A DNA stretch of 64,000 bases from a bacterium. GTDB taxonomy: Bacteria > Auribacterota > UBA3054. The notes under the pieces are model-generated. The model made no database searches. It was not told the origin of the DNA and worked only from the letters and a program-made list of their open reading frames with translations. The translations under genes were made by a program, and so were the position numbers. The DNA is taken from the NCBI GenBank assembly GCA_017650925.1, contig JAGCDY010000063.1:1729-65728 (forward strand), written 5' to 3'. This document shows, one piece after another, positions 36,279-44,799 of this stretch; positions within the stretch are counted from its first letter, which is position 1; each line of letters opens with the position of its first letter.

Positions 36279-37685
36279 TTATTCTTTGCCGGTCCAGCAG
36301 AAGGTGCAGACTTCGTCCTTGGGAAGGCCGATGGCGTCCAGCATGTCGTCGAGGTTCTGATAACGCAGCGTGGTCATCGAGAACTCTCTTCTGATGTGGT
36401 CTACCATTGCTTCGTATTTCTCGGAGCCGTACTGCAGGTATTCTTCCGGAACGGTCTCTGAGAAGCCCTCGAGGTGGTTGATGGCGCGTCTGGCGGCCAG
36501 GCTGAGAACGTTAGAGCCGGAACGTGAGAAGTTCAGATATTTGCAGGTGAAGAGGTACGGCGGGCAGGCGGAGCGGAAGTGCATTTCCTTCGCGCCGGCG
36601 GAGAAGACTCTCGAGACGATGTCCCTTAACTGCGTGCCTCTCACGATGGAGTCTTCCGTAAAGAGAACGCGCTTCTGATCGAGGAGCGGCTTGACGACGA
36701 GTATCTTCATCCTGGCGATGACTTCCCTGACGCTCTGGGTCGTCGGCATGAAGCTCCTGGCCCAGGTCGGGGTGTACTTCGTGAAGGGGCGGCCGAAGGG
36801 GACGTGGCGGGTATTGGAGTAGCCTATGGCGTAGCCCGTGCCGGAATCGGGGACGCCGGCGCACAGGTCGATGTCGACGTTGTCGTTCTCGGCCAGTTTC
36901 TGTCCGGCGGCGTAGCGGAATTTTTCGACGTTGAGGCCTTCATAGGTGGAGGCGGGGAAGCCGTAATAGACCCAGAAGAAGGCGCAGACTTTCCTTTTGC
37001 CGCAGGGGGCCAGGATCTGCTCCGTGCCGTCGGGAGTGAGTTTCACTATTTCGCCCGGGCCGAGTTCCCTGACGGTGCTGTAGCCGAGGTTCAAGAAGGC
37101 GGTGGATTCCATCGTGAAGGCGCGGGCGCCGTCCTTTTCGCCCAATATTATGGGTGTTCTGCCATGGAAGTCCCTGGCGGCGTAGAGGCCGTCTTTTGTG
37201 AGCAGCATCAAAGAGCAGGAGCCGTCGATCCTCTTGAAGAGGTTCTGTATGCCGTCCACGAAGCTTTCGCCTTCATTTATGAGGACGGCTGCCAGTTCGG
37301 TCATGTTGATCTCGCCAAGACTGGTTTCCGAGAAGTGCACGGCGTGACGCTGGCAGACTTCCTCTATGAGCTCCTTGGTGTTGTTGATGATGCCGACCGT
37401 GACGATGGCGTATTCGCCGAGGTGCGATCTTATGATCAAAGGCTGGGCGTCGAAGTCGCTGATAACGCCCATGCCCATGTTGCCGGAGAAGGATTCGAGC
37501 TTCTCCTCGAAGCGGGAGCGGAAGGGGGCGTTGCTGATGTCGTGGATGATCCTGGAGAGGCTGCCGTCCTTGGCTACGAAGGCCATGCCGGCGCGCCTGG
37601 TCCCCAGATGGGAGTGGTAATCAGTTCCGAAAAAGACGTCGAGTTTGCACTCAGACTTCGATGCAACACCGAAAAAGCCGCCCAT
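36279..37685 (-). CDS. Amidophosphoribosyltransferase homologue (PurF-like) with Cys1 replaced by Gly
   Basis: Class-II Ntn glutamine amidotransferase blocks (GNMGMG; RDFHGRTPIILG; ESTAFLNLG) and the PRTase motif VLFTEDSIVRGTQLRDIV. The N-terminus reads MGGFFGV where MCGIVG is expected. An AGGAG RBS lies upstream of the ATG at 37685. The ORF-track extension to 37790 runs into a tRNA. Confidence 0.7.
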   Translation of the reverse strand: MGGFFGVASKSECKLDVFFGTDYHSHLGTRRAGMAFVAKDGSLSRIIHDISNAPFRSRFEEKLESFSGNMGMGVISDFDAQPLIIRSHLGEYAIVTVGIINNTKELIEEVCQRHAVHFSETSLGEINMTELAAVLINEGESFVDGIQNLFKRIDGSCSLMLLTKDGLYAARDFHGRTPIILGEKDGARAFTMESTAFLNLGYSTVRELGPGEIVKLTPDGTEQILAPCGKRKVCAFFWVYYGFPASTYEGLNVEKFRYAAGQKLAENDNVDIDLCAGVPDSGTGYAIGYSNTRHVPFGRPFTKYTPTWARSFMPTTQSVREVIARMKILVVKPLLDQKRVLFTEDSIVRGTQLRDIVSRVFSAGAKEMHFRSACPPYLFTCKYLNFSRSGSNVLSLAARRAINHLEGFSETVPEEYLQYGSEKYEAMVDHIRREFSMTTLRYQNLDDMLDAIGLPKDEVCTFCWTGKE

Positions 37686-37706
37686 TTTTGACTCCTTTTT
37701 TGTTAG

Positions 37707-37797
37707 TGGCGGAGAGAGTGGGATTCGAACCCACGGTACGCTAATGCGTACACCGGTTTTCGAAACCGGACCGATCGACCACTCCGGCATCTCTCCT
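37707..37797 (-). tRNA. tRNA-Ser (anticodon CGA), type II, CCA encoded
   Basis: The reverse complement reads GGAGAGATGCCGGAGTGGTCGA...anticodon loop TTCGAAA...long variable arm...GGTTCGAATCCCACTCTCTCCGCCA. Confidence 0.85.
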
Positions 37798-37947
37798 TAA
37801 CTTATGGTCTCAAACCGAGAAAAAAGTTTAGCAAATAAGACTGGCAAAAGCAAGGTAATTTAGGCCCCGGCGGTTTGCATTTTCAGAGCCACTTATGATA
37901 TAATCCCCATATTTAGTGAGAATAATCAACTGGTATGGAAATTATCG

Positions 37948-39144
37948 ATGAGTAAAACGGTTTTTCTGACTGGCGGCACCGGCTTTTTGGGAGGCCATCT
38001 TGGACGCGAGTTCCTTGCTCGCGGCTGGCATGTGCTGTATTTGGCCAGAGCGAAGCGGACAGTTTCGGCTAAAGACCGTGTTTTGACTGTTTTGGAAGCG
38101 ATCGATCCCAATTGGCGCGAACTGCCTGGGACTTTCGAGTTGGTCGAAGGCGACATCACTCTGCCGAATTTGGGCGTCGACGACGCCGTTTGGGGCGAGA
38201 AACTGAGATCTGTCGACGAATTGTGGCATTCCGCCGCTGTTCTTTTCTTTAGCGAAGATCAGCGCGAAGTGACTGAGAAAATAAACCACCAGGGAACTCT
38301 TAACGTCCTTGACTTCGTGAAACGCTACGGCATCAAGCGCCTTCAGCACATCAGCACGGCCTACGTAAGCGGCCTGGCCAATCATGTCGTAAAGGAAGAA
38401 GTAGCAAAGTGCGACTGGGAGTTCCGCAATCCCTATGAAGAGACCAAGTACGAGGGAGAGCAGGCCGTCAAAAAGTTCGCCGACGAAAACGGCGTCAAGA
38501 CGACTATCTACCGCCCCGCGGTCATAATAGGGGACACCGTGAACGGGAAGTGCCTGTCGTTCACGGGATTCTATAACATCGCCAAGGTCTTCGCCTTGAT
38601 GAAACGCCTTGTAGTGCGCAAGATCAACGGAGACGCCGAATTTTACAAGAAGCACGATCTTTACACGAACGGAAACTACGTCAACTATCCTTTCCGCTTT
38701 CCCTGCCCCTCCGACACGACCGTGAACCTCATCCCGGTCGACTGCGTCGTAAGCAATATCATGAATCTCTGCGAACGGCCCGAGTCCGTCGGCCAGGTCT
38801 ACCATCTGACTCACCCGAATCCTCCCAAGATCCGCGAACTGCTGGTCAAGGGATGCAAATGGATCGAGATGGGCGGAGTGGAATTCGTCGACTGCACGTT
38901 CGAGCAGTCTGAGCAGGTTTTGAGGGAAGAGGTGAAGAAATTCGCCGCTCTCGGGATCAACATCAGTTTCTGTTTGGAGATCAGCGAATATCTGCGCTAC
39001 CTGTTCGGCGAACCTGTTTTCGACGTATCAAAGATACGCGCCGCTTTGAAGGAAAAATACTTCGAAGCTCCCGTTATCGACGAGGCCTTCCTCAGGAAGA
39101 TCCTTGACTTCGGAGCGGGGTGCCAATGGCATGGCGTAGTCTGA
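37948..39144 (+). CDS. SDR-family NAD-binding reductase (thioester / fatty acyl-CoA reductase-like, NAD_binding_4)
   Basis: LTGGTGFLGGHL, YxxxK (YEETKYEGE), and a 'male sterility'-type reductase layout. A TTGCAT/TATAAT-like promoter lies upstream at about 37888-37915. Confidence 0.6.
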   Translation: MSKTVFLTGGTGFLGGHLGREFLARGWHVLYLARAKRTVSAKDRVLTVLEAIDPNWRELPGTFELVEGDITLPNLGVDDAVWGEKLRSVDELWHSAAVLFFSEDQREVTEKINHQGTLNVLDFVKRYGIKRLQHISTAYVSGLANHVVKEEVAKCDWEFRNPYEETKYEGEQAVKKFADENGVKTTIYRPAVIIGDTVNGKCLSFTGFYNIAKVFALMKRLVVRKINGDAEFYKKHDLYTNGNYVNYPFRFPCPSDTTVNLIPVDCVVSNIMNLCERPESVGQVYHLTHPNPPKIRELLVKGCKWIEMGGVEFVDCTFEQSEQVLREEVKKFAALGINISFCLEISEYLRYLFGEPVFDVSKIRAALKEKYFEAPVIDEAFLRKILDFGAGCQWHGVV

Positions 39145-39704
39145 TCCTTTTGGCCCTGCTTTTCCTTGCGGGCTGCAGTTCGACGCTCGTCCTTCGCAAC
39201 GCCAATGTGAAGGTCGCGGAGCAGGCCAATCTCGGAAGCCCGGCCGTCTTTTTCCTCGACAAGGTCGCGGTTCCCGTTCTTTCTGACGGGAAGATCGGCA
39301 AAATAAGGGCCATAGCGGACGGCCAGTGGAGCTGGGTCAAAACGCAGAGCGACCTTTCCGCCTGGGCCGACAAGGAATGGGAGATCTTCATGAGACGCCA
39401 CGGCCAGACTATGGTGACGGATCCCAAGAAGAGCGACTATCACGTCCTGTGCGACGTAGTCAAGATCTACACCGAAAAATTCAACGAGTACATGGGGTCG
39501 CACAAATTCGCCGCCCATGTCGTGATGCGCGTGACCATTAAGCGCGCTTCGGACGGAAATTCCGTCTACGCTAAGGAAATAAAGCAATCTTTTGCTGTCA
39601 CTATTCCGGTCGAAGGCTTGGAGAACGCCGGGGACGAAGCCATTTACAATTACTGCCTGTCCGCGGTTTTCCAGAACTGCCTGGAAAAGATCAGGCTGCC
39701 TTAA
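39120..39704 (+). CDS. Hypothetical lipoprotein
   Basis: MPMAWRSLILLALLFLAGCSS, a signal peptide plus lipobox. No recognisable domain. Confidence 0.45.
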   Translation: MPMAWRSLILLALLFLAGCSSTLVLRNANVKVAEQANLGSPAVFFLDKVAVPVLSDGKIGKIRAIADGQWSWVKTQSDLSAWADKEWEIFMRRHGQTMVTDPKKSDYHVLCDVVKIYTEKFNEYMGSHKFAAHVVMRVTIKRASDGNSVYAKEIKQSFAVTIPVEGLENAGDEAIYNYCLSAVFQNCLEKIRLP

Positions 39705-39733
39705 GATCCGGGAACAAAATTTATCCAATCTAA

Positions 39734-41314
39734 ATGAAAAATCAAAAAATAGAAAGAGAGATCATAATCGATACCGAGCAGGCCCAGGAAAGGCGTGTGG
39801 CTGTCGTCGAGGACAAGCAGCTTGAGGAATACTACATCGAGCGCGACGAGCAGCACCGCCATATGGGCAGCGTTTACAAGGGCAGGGTGGAGAACATCAT
39901 CCCGGCCATAAACGCGGCTTTCATCGACATCGGTCTCGAGAAGAACGGCTTCATCCACATCGACGACGTTTTCGCCTCGAACCTCGACGCCATGGAACTT
40001 GACGACGAGGACGAGGAAGAAGGCGAGAAGAAGAATCAGAATCAAAACCAGAACAAGAACCGTCCCAAGAACCGCAAGGATATGAAGATCTCCGACATCC
40101 TGAAAGAGAAGCAGGAGATCATCGTCCAGGTCGTCAAAGAGCCCATCAGCACGAAAGGCTGCCGCCTGACGACCGACATAAGCCTGCCGGGCCGCTTCCT
40201 GGTACTCATGCCCTTTGAAAAGCAGATCGCCGTTTCCCGCAGGATATCGAACGTCCAGGAGCGCAAAAGACTGCGCCAGATGGCCAGGGAAGTGAACCTT
40301 CCGGAAGGCTGCGGACTAATCATAAGAACGGCAGCAGAGGGCTGCACTCAGAAGGCTTTCGAGAACGACGTGGCCTACCTCGTCAACACCTGGAAGGAAA
40401 TAGAGGAAAAGCACAGGACCACTTCCGCTCCGGCTCTGCTGCATCCCGAACTCGACCTCGTTCTGAGGACGATCAGGGACAGTTACGGCGAGGACGTTTC
40501 AAGGATCGTAGTCAACACCAAACCTGACTACGACCGCATCATGACCTTCGTCAAGAGCTTCGTGCCCGAGGCGAAGAACAATGTCAGGCTCTATGAAGGC
40601 GACGTACCCATCTTTGAGAGATGGAACGTCCAGAAAGACATTGACCGCGCCTTCAGGCGCAACGTCTGGTTGAAGAGCGGCGGCTACATCGTCATCGACC
40701 AGACCGAGGCTATGATCGCCATAGACGTGAACTCCGGACGCCACACTTCCAGCGACAACCAGGAAGAGACCGTCACCAAGACGAACCTTGAGGCGGCCGA
40801 CGAGATCGCCCGCCAGCTCAAATTGAGGAACATCGGCGGCCTGGTCGTGGTCGACTTCATCGACATGCATTCCAAGCAGAACCAGAAGGAAGTAGTGATG
40901 CGCCTCCAGAGCGCCTTAAAGCGCGACAAGGCCAAGAGCAGCATCTTACCCTTGTCCGAGTTCGGCCTCTTGGAAATGACGCGTCAGCGCGTCACAGAGT
41001 CCATCAGACAGTCCGTCTACGACGAGTGCCCCTACTGCCACGGCAGGGGACTGGTGAAATCGCTCCTCTCCATCTGCCTCGAACTCCAGCGCGCGCTGCA
41101 GTCCCTGCTTTCTTTGGAAAAGGAAAAGAATGTCAGGATCGATGTCAATCCCAGCGTGGCTGTCAGCTTAAGGGAAAATCTGGACATCCTCAAGAAAATA
41201 GAAGAGCAGTACAACGCTAATCTGACCATAACTTCCAATCCGAAGATGGACCTGGAGGATTACAAATTCTACGATGCCCTGAGCGGCAAGGCGCTGCAGT
41301 TGAAGCGCCGTTAA
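39734..41314 (+). CDS. Ribonuclease E/G family endoribonuclease (Rng-like)
   Basis: S1 domain (GSVYKGRVENIIPAINAAFIDIG), the catalytic DNase-I-like core (LVVVDFIDM) and a zinc-link CPxCxGxG (CPYCHGRG). There is an acidic and NQNQNKN low-complexity insertion. Confidence 0.8.
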   Translation: MKNQKIEREIIIDTEQAQERRVAVVEDKQLEEYYIERDEQHRHMGSVYKGRVENIIPAINAAFIDIGLEKNGFIHIDDVFASNLDAMELDDEDEEEGEKKNQNQNQNKNRPKNRKDMKISDILKEKQEIIVQVVKEPISTKGCRLTTDISLPGRFLVLMPFEKQIAVSRRISNVQERKRLRQMAREVNLPEGCGLIIRTAAEGCTQKAFENDVAYLVNTWKEIEEKHRTTSAPALLHPELDLVLRTIRDSYGEDVSRIVVNTKPDYDRIMTFVKSFVPEAKNNVRLYEGDVPIFERWNVQKDIDRAFRRNVWLKSGGYIVIDQTEAMIAIDVNSGRHTSSDNQEETVTKTNLEAADEIARQLKLRNIGGLVVVDFIDMHSKQNQKEVVMRLQSALKRDKAKSSILPLSEFGLLEMTRQRVTESIRQSVYDECPYCHGRGLVKSLLSICLELQRALQSLLSLEKEKNVRIDVNPSVAVSLRENLDILKKIEEQYNANLTITSNPKMDLEDYKFYDALSGKALQLKRR

Positions 41315-41332
41315 CACAAAGGTAAAATTGCC

Positions 41333-41593
41333 ATGCCGACTTACGAATACCGCTGCAAAAAATGCGGATATGAGTTCGAGAAATTCCAGCAGATAACCGC
41401 GGAACCCTTAAAGAAGTGCCCCGAATGCGGAGGGCATGTGGAAAGACTGATCAGCGGGGGAGCGGGAATAATCTTCAAAGGCAGCGGCTTCTACGAGACC
41501 GACTACAAATGCAAGGCATCTGAGTCCTGCCACCAGATCGAGCACGAGCACGGCGCCTCCTGCGGCTGCGAACATTGTCACCACAAAAAATAG
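41333..41593 (+). CDS. FmdB-family zinc-ribbon protein with a His/Cys-rich tail
   Basis: MPTYEYRCKKCGYEFE...CPECGG signature. The tail reads CHQIEHEHGASCGCEHCHHKK. Confidence 0.6.
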   Translation: MPTYEYRCKKCGYEFEKFQQITAEPLKKCPECGGHVERLISGGAGIIFKGSGFYETDYKCKASESCHQIEHEHGASCGCEHCHHKK

Positions 41594-41602
41594 GAAGACA
41601 TT

Positions 41603-42454
41603 ATGACCACCCCGAAAAGAATCATCCCCTGCCTCGACACGAAGGGCGGAAGATTGGTGAAAGGCGTTAATTTCCTCGGTCTGGCCGACGTCGGCGACCC
41701 GGTGGAATACGCCAGGAAGTACAACGAACAGGGCGCGGACGAGCTTGTCTTCCTTGACATCACCGCTTCCCACGAGGGAAGGGATACGATCGTCGACCTC
41801 GTCTCCAGGACCTCCGAAGTCATCTTCATGCCGCTTACCGTCGGCGGCGGCATCAAAAGTACCGACGACATGCAGCGCATCTTGAGAGCCGGCGCGGACA
41901 AGGTCGGCGTAAACACCGCGGCCGTCATGCGCCCCGAGATCTTAAAGGAAGGCGCCAGGATGTTCGGCACGCAGTGCATCTGCCTCGCTGCGGACGCCAG
42001 GGACCGCCGCCTCAACACTAAAGTGAACGTTGAGGAAGCTCACAAGATCGAATGGGGCTGGGACATCTCTCCCGTGGCCGTCGACGAGAACACCATCTGG
42101 GAAGTCTACGTCCACGGCGGACGCACGGCGACCGGCATCGACCTCATCAAGTGGTGCAAATACGCCGTAAACTTAGGCGCCGGCGAGATCCTTCTCACCT
42201 CCATGGACAAGGACGGCACCAAGGACGGCTACGACAACGCCATGAACAAGGCTGTGCACGACGCCGTAAACGTTCCCCTTATCGCCTCCGGCGGCGCCGG
42301 CTGCTTGGAAGACTTCTACAAAGGCGCCGTGGAAGGCGAAGCGGATGCCCTTCTCGCGGCCTCGCTCTTCCATTTCGGCACCCTTACTGTCCCGCAGGTG
42401 AAAGAATACCTCGCAAGCAAAGGCGTGCCCGTAAGGCCGATAGAAAAGAAATAA
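41603..42454 (+). CDS. hisF: Imidazole glycerol phosphate synthase cyclase subunit
   Basis: [15 protein letters not shown]...[11 protein letters not shown]...SGGAG are canonical HisF blocks. About 30 aa longer than usual because of an insertion. Confidence 0.8.
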   Translation: MTTPKRIIPCLDTKGGRLVKGVNFLGLADVGDPVEYARKYNEQGADELVFLDITASHEGRDTIVDLVSRTSEVIFMPLTVGGGIKSTDDMQRILRAGADKVGVNTAAVMRPEILKEGARMFGTQCICLAADARDRRLNTKVNVEEAHKIEWGWDISPVAVDENTIWEVYVHGGRTATGIDLIKWCKYAVNLGAGEILLTSMDKDGTKDGYDNAMNKAVHDAVNVPLIASGGAGCLEDFYKGAVEGEADALLAASLFHFGTLTVPQVKEYLASKGVPVRPIEKK

Positions 42455-42463
42455 GCAAAACAA

Positions 42464-42488
42464 AAAGGCGGCATTTGCCGCCTTTTTT
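42464..42488. terminator. Bidirectional rho-independent terminator
   Basis: ggcggc-attt-gccgcc hairpin flanked by an A-run and a T-run, between convergent genes hisF (+) and 42491..43624 (-). Confidence 0.6.
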
Positions 42489-42490
42489 AA

Positions 42491-43624
42491 TTACCTCTTC
42501 AGCATCTTTTCAAGCTTACGAAGTTTCGGGAAGCTTTTTCCGTCCTCGATCTCCCAAACTGTGTCGAAGTCCCAGTTCTTGTAGGTCACTTTTTTCCTCA
42601 GCTTTTCGTTGGAGATGCCGACCTTGTTGTTATCGTTCAAAGTTCTTCTGATATTTTCGGCGCTGTAAAAGGAATTGTGAACCGTTGCGGAATCTGAGAA
42701 AGTGATGACCTTATCCTTCCGCCTGTCGGTCAGAATTGAATTCAAAACAAGGCAGTTGTAAAGATAATAGTTGCCTCCGCCTACGAGAATGATGGAATAA
42801 TAGGCGTACGATTTCCCTGTTTTCCTGATTGTGCGGGCGCTGTAGCCGGTGTCGATCCTTGAATCTGTGGGATCGTCCATGCTGTATTGGAAGGAGCCGA
42901 GGGAAAGGTAATTTTTCAGGACTGTGTTCTGGGAGGAAGTGAAGCAGCCGAAGGCGCTGCATTCGCGGTTTTTGAATTCGATATCGGTCTCGCATTCCTC
43001 CAGGCAGGAATTGTTGCAGGTCAGGGAAAATCCGGCCGCTGTTTTTTCGCTTTTCAACTTTCCGGAGATGTAAACCCTGGAGATCATGGCGAAATCGATA
43101 TTGCAGGAGAGGCCGGCCGCCAGATCTTTCCCGAAGAAGTCGCAGTTTACTAGCGCGAGATCTTTTACCGTGGCGAAATCTTTGGAGCGCCGAGCCAAGT
43201 TCTCGAGGACGTTGGTTGAGAAATCGAAGTTTTGCAAAGGTGTGCCGATCCTGGCGAAAAGGGCGGCTCCTTGTTCTTTCCTGTTGATGAAAAGGTTTGA
43301 GATTATATGCCCACCGCCGTCGAAGCAACCCCGGAAAGGATAGGAGGCATAGGCTTTTTTATTTTCGTGCATATATCCGATAGGTAAAAAGCCTCTGCCG
43401 TCGTTCCAGAATTTCGTTTCTGCCGCGTTTATGTCCGAGGTCAATCTAAAATTTTTCGTAGAAACGTTGGTAATGTTTTCTCCCATCCAGACAAGATGTT
43501 CGATCTTATTAATAAGGAAAGGATCATCTGCACTGCCCGTGCCCGCGGGCTTGATAGCTATGTTTTCCGCAAACACTGAAGCGGCGAAGATCAGAAGCAC
43601 CAAAGTTACCGAATGAATTTTCAT
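42491..43624 (-). CDS. Secreted protein with N-terminal GLUG-motif-like module, tandem paralogue 1
   Basis: Signal peptide. N-terminal module DDPFLINKIEHLVWMGENITNV...FRLTSDIN...W....GFLPIGY...FRGCFDGGGHIISNLFINRK. Conserved C-terminus WDFDTVWEIEDGKSFPKLRKLEKMLKR. Confidence 0.5.
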   Translation of the reverse strand: MKIHSVTLVLLIFAASVFAENIAIKPAGTGSADDPFLINKIEHLVWMGENITNVSTKNFRLTSDINAAETKFWNDGRGFLPIGYMHENKKAYASYPFRGCFDGGGHIISNLFINRKEQGAALFARIGTPLQNFDFSTNVLENLARRSKDFATVKDLALVNCDFFGKDLAAGLSCNIDFAMISRVYISGKLKSEKTAAGFSLTCNNSCLEECETDIEFKNRECSAFGCFTSSQNTVLKNYLSLGSFQYSMDDPTDSRIDTGYSARTIRKTGKSYAYYSIILVGGGNYYLYNCLVLNSILTDRRKDKVITFSDSATVHNSFYSAENIRRTLNDNNKVGISNEKLRKKVTYKNWDFDTVWEIEDGKSFPKLRKLEKMLKR

Positions 43625-43626
43625 AC

Positions 43627-44763
43627 TTATCTCTTTAACATTTTTTCAATTCTTCGCAGCTTTGGGAAACTTTTCCCATCCTCTATCTCCCAGACTGAAT
43701 CGAAGTCCCAGCCAACGTACGTCGATTTATCCATGAGTTTGCTGTTGGGAAGACCGCCAAGGTCTTCGTCTTTCGGATCTTTCTGAAGATTGTCCGTGCT
43801 GTAAAAGGAATTCTGCAGGTCTTCTGAATTTGAGAAACAATAAAGCCAGTACTTTCGTTTGGTGCTCAGAAGGGAATTCAAGACAAGACAATTGTAAAGG
43901 TTGAGCCGTCCTTCGCCTGAAAGGGTAATGGAAAAACAACTCAGCGGTCTTTTGTTGTGATAGGGACTTAATCTGTGAAGGGGAGTCGTGTATTTGAGCT
44001 TAAGACTTTTTTCGTAAGTGGGGTCCTGGCTGTATTGGAAAGATCCGAGCGACAGGCAGTTTTTCAGATAAGCATTTTTAGAGGAAGAAAAGAAACAGGC
44101 TGCATCTGAAAAACGGTTGTCGAATTTCAAATCTATTTCGCATTCGTCCAGGCAGGAATTCTCGCATTTTTCGGCAATGCCGGCCGTAAGCCTGTCGCTT
44201 TTCAGCGTGCCGGATATGTAAACTCTGGAGATAAGTGCGTACTCAATTTCATCGCTAAGACCTGCAGCCAGGTTTTTGCCTACGAAATTACAGTCAACTA
44301 ACGCCAGATCTTTTATGACGGCCGTGCCTTTGGAGATATCGGTAAGGTTTTTGATAACGTCCGGGGAAAAATCGCGCTTTTGAAAAATCATGCCGATTTT
44401 GGCGAAAAATGAGGCGGGCTGTTTTTTTCTGTTGATGAAAAGATTAGAGATAACGTGTCCGCCGCCGTCGAAAGTGCCGCAGAAGCTAGCGGGACGCCCG
44501 GAATTTTCGCTGATGTACCCGATGGGCAGGAAACCTCTGCTGTTGTGCCAAGTCTTGGTTTCCGAGGCGTCGATGTCGGCGGTCAAACGGAAACATTTTG
44601 CGGAGACGTTGGTAATGTTTTCTCCCATCCAGACAAGATGTTCGATCTTGCTGATAAGGAAGGGGTCCTCGGCGCTGCCGCTGCCGCTTGGCTTAATAGC
44701 TTTGTTTTCCGCAAGCGCGGAAAGCGAAAATAGAAGTATCAAAGCAATTAGCAGTTGTTTCAT
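43627..44763 (-). CDS. Secreted protein with N-terminal GLUG-motif-like module, tandem paralogue 2
   Basis: Same architecture (EDPFLISKIEHLVWMGENITNV...FRLTADID...GFLPIGY...CGTFDGGGHVISNLFINRK; WDFDSVWEIEDGKSFPKLRRIEKMLKR). The two genes share near-identical nucleotide stretches of up to ~45 nt at their 5' ends. Confidence 0.5.
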   Translation of the reverse strand: MKQLLIALILLFSLSALAENKAIKPSGSGSAEDPFLISKIEHLVWMGENITNVSAKCFRLTADIDASETKTWHNSRGFLPIGYISENSGRPASFCGTFDGGGHVISNLFINRKKQPASFFAKIGMIFQKRDFSPDVIKNLTDISKGTAVIKDLALVDCNFVGKNLAAGLSDEIEYALISRVYISGTLKSDRLTAGIAEKCENSCLDECEIDLKFDNRFSDAACFFSSSKNAYLKNCLSLGSFQYSQDPTYEKSLKLKYTTPLHRLSPYHNKRPLSCFSITLSGEGRLNLYNCLVLNSLLSTKRKYWLYCFSNSEDLQNSFYSTDNLQKDPKDEDLGGLPNSKLMDKSTYVGWDFDSVWEIEDGKSFPKLRRIEKMLKR

Positions 44764-44799
44764 ACTTCTATTTTAGCAGAAAAATGGCAATGAAACTAC

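Noticed and set aside
37686-37790. N-terminal 35 codons of ORF 36279..37790 (MPEWSIGPVSKTGVRISVPW...).
   Set aside because: This stretch is the reverse translation of tRNA-Ser(CGA) at 37707..37797. The real start is the ATG at 37685, which has an AGGAG RBS.
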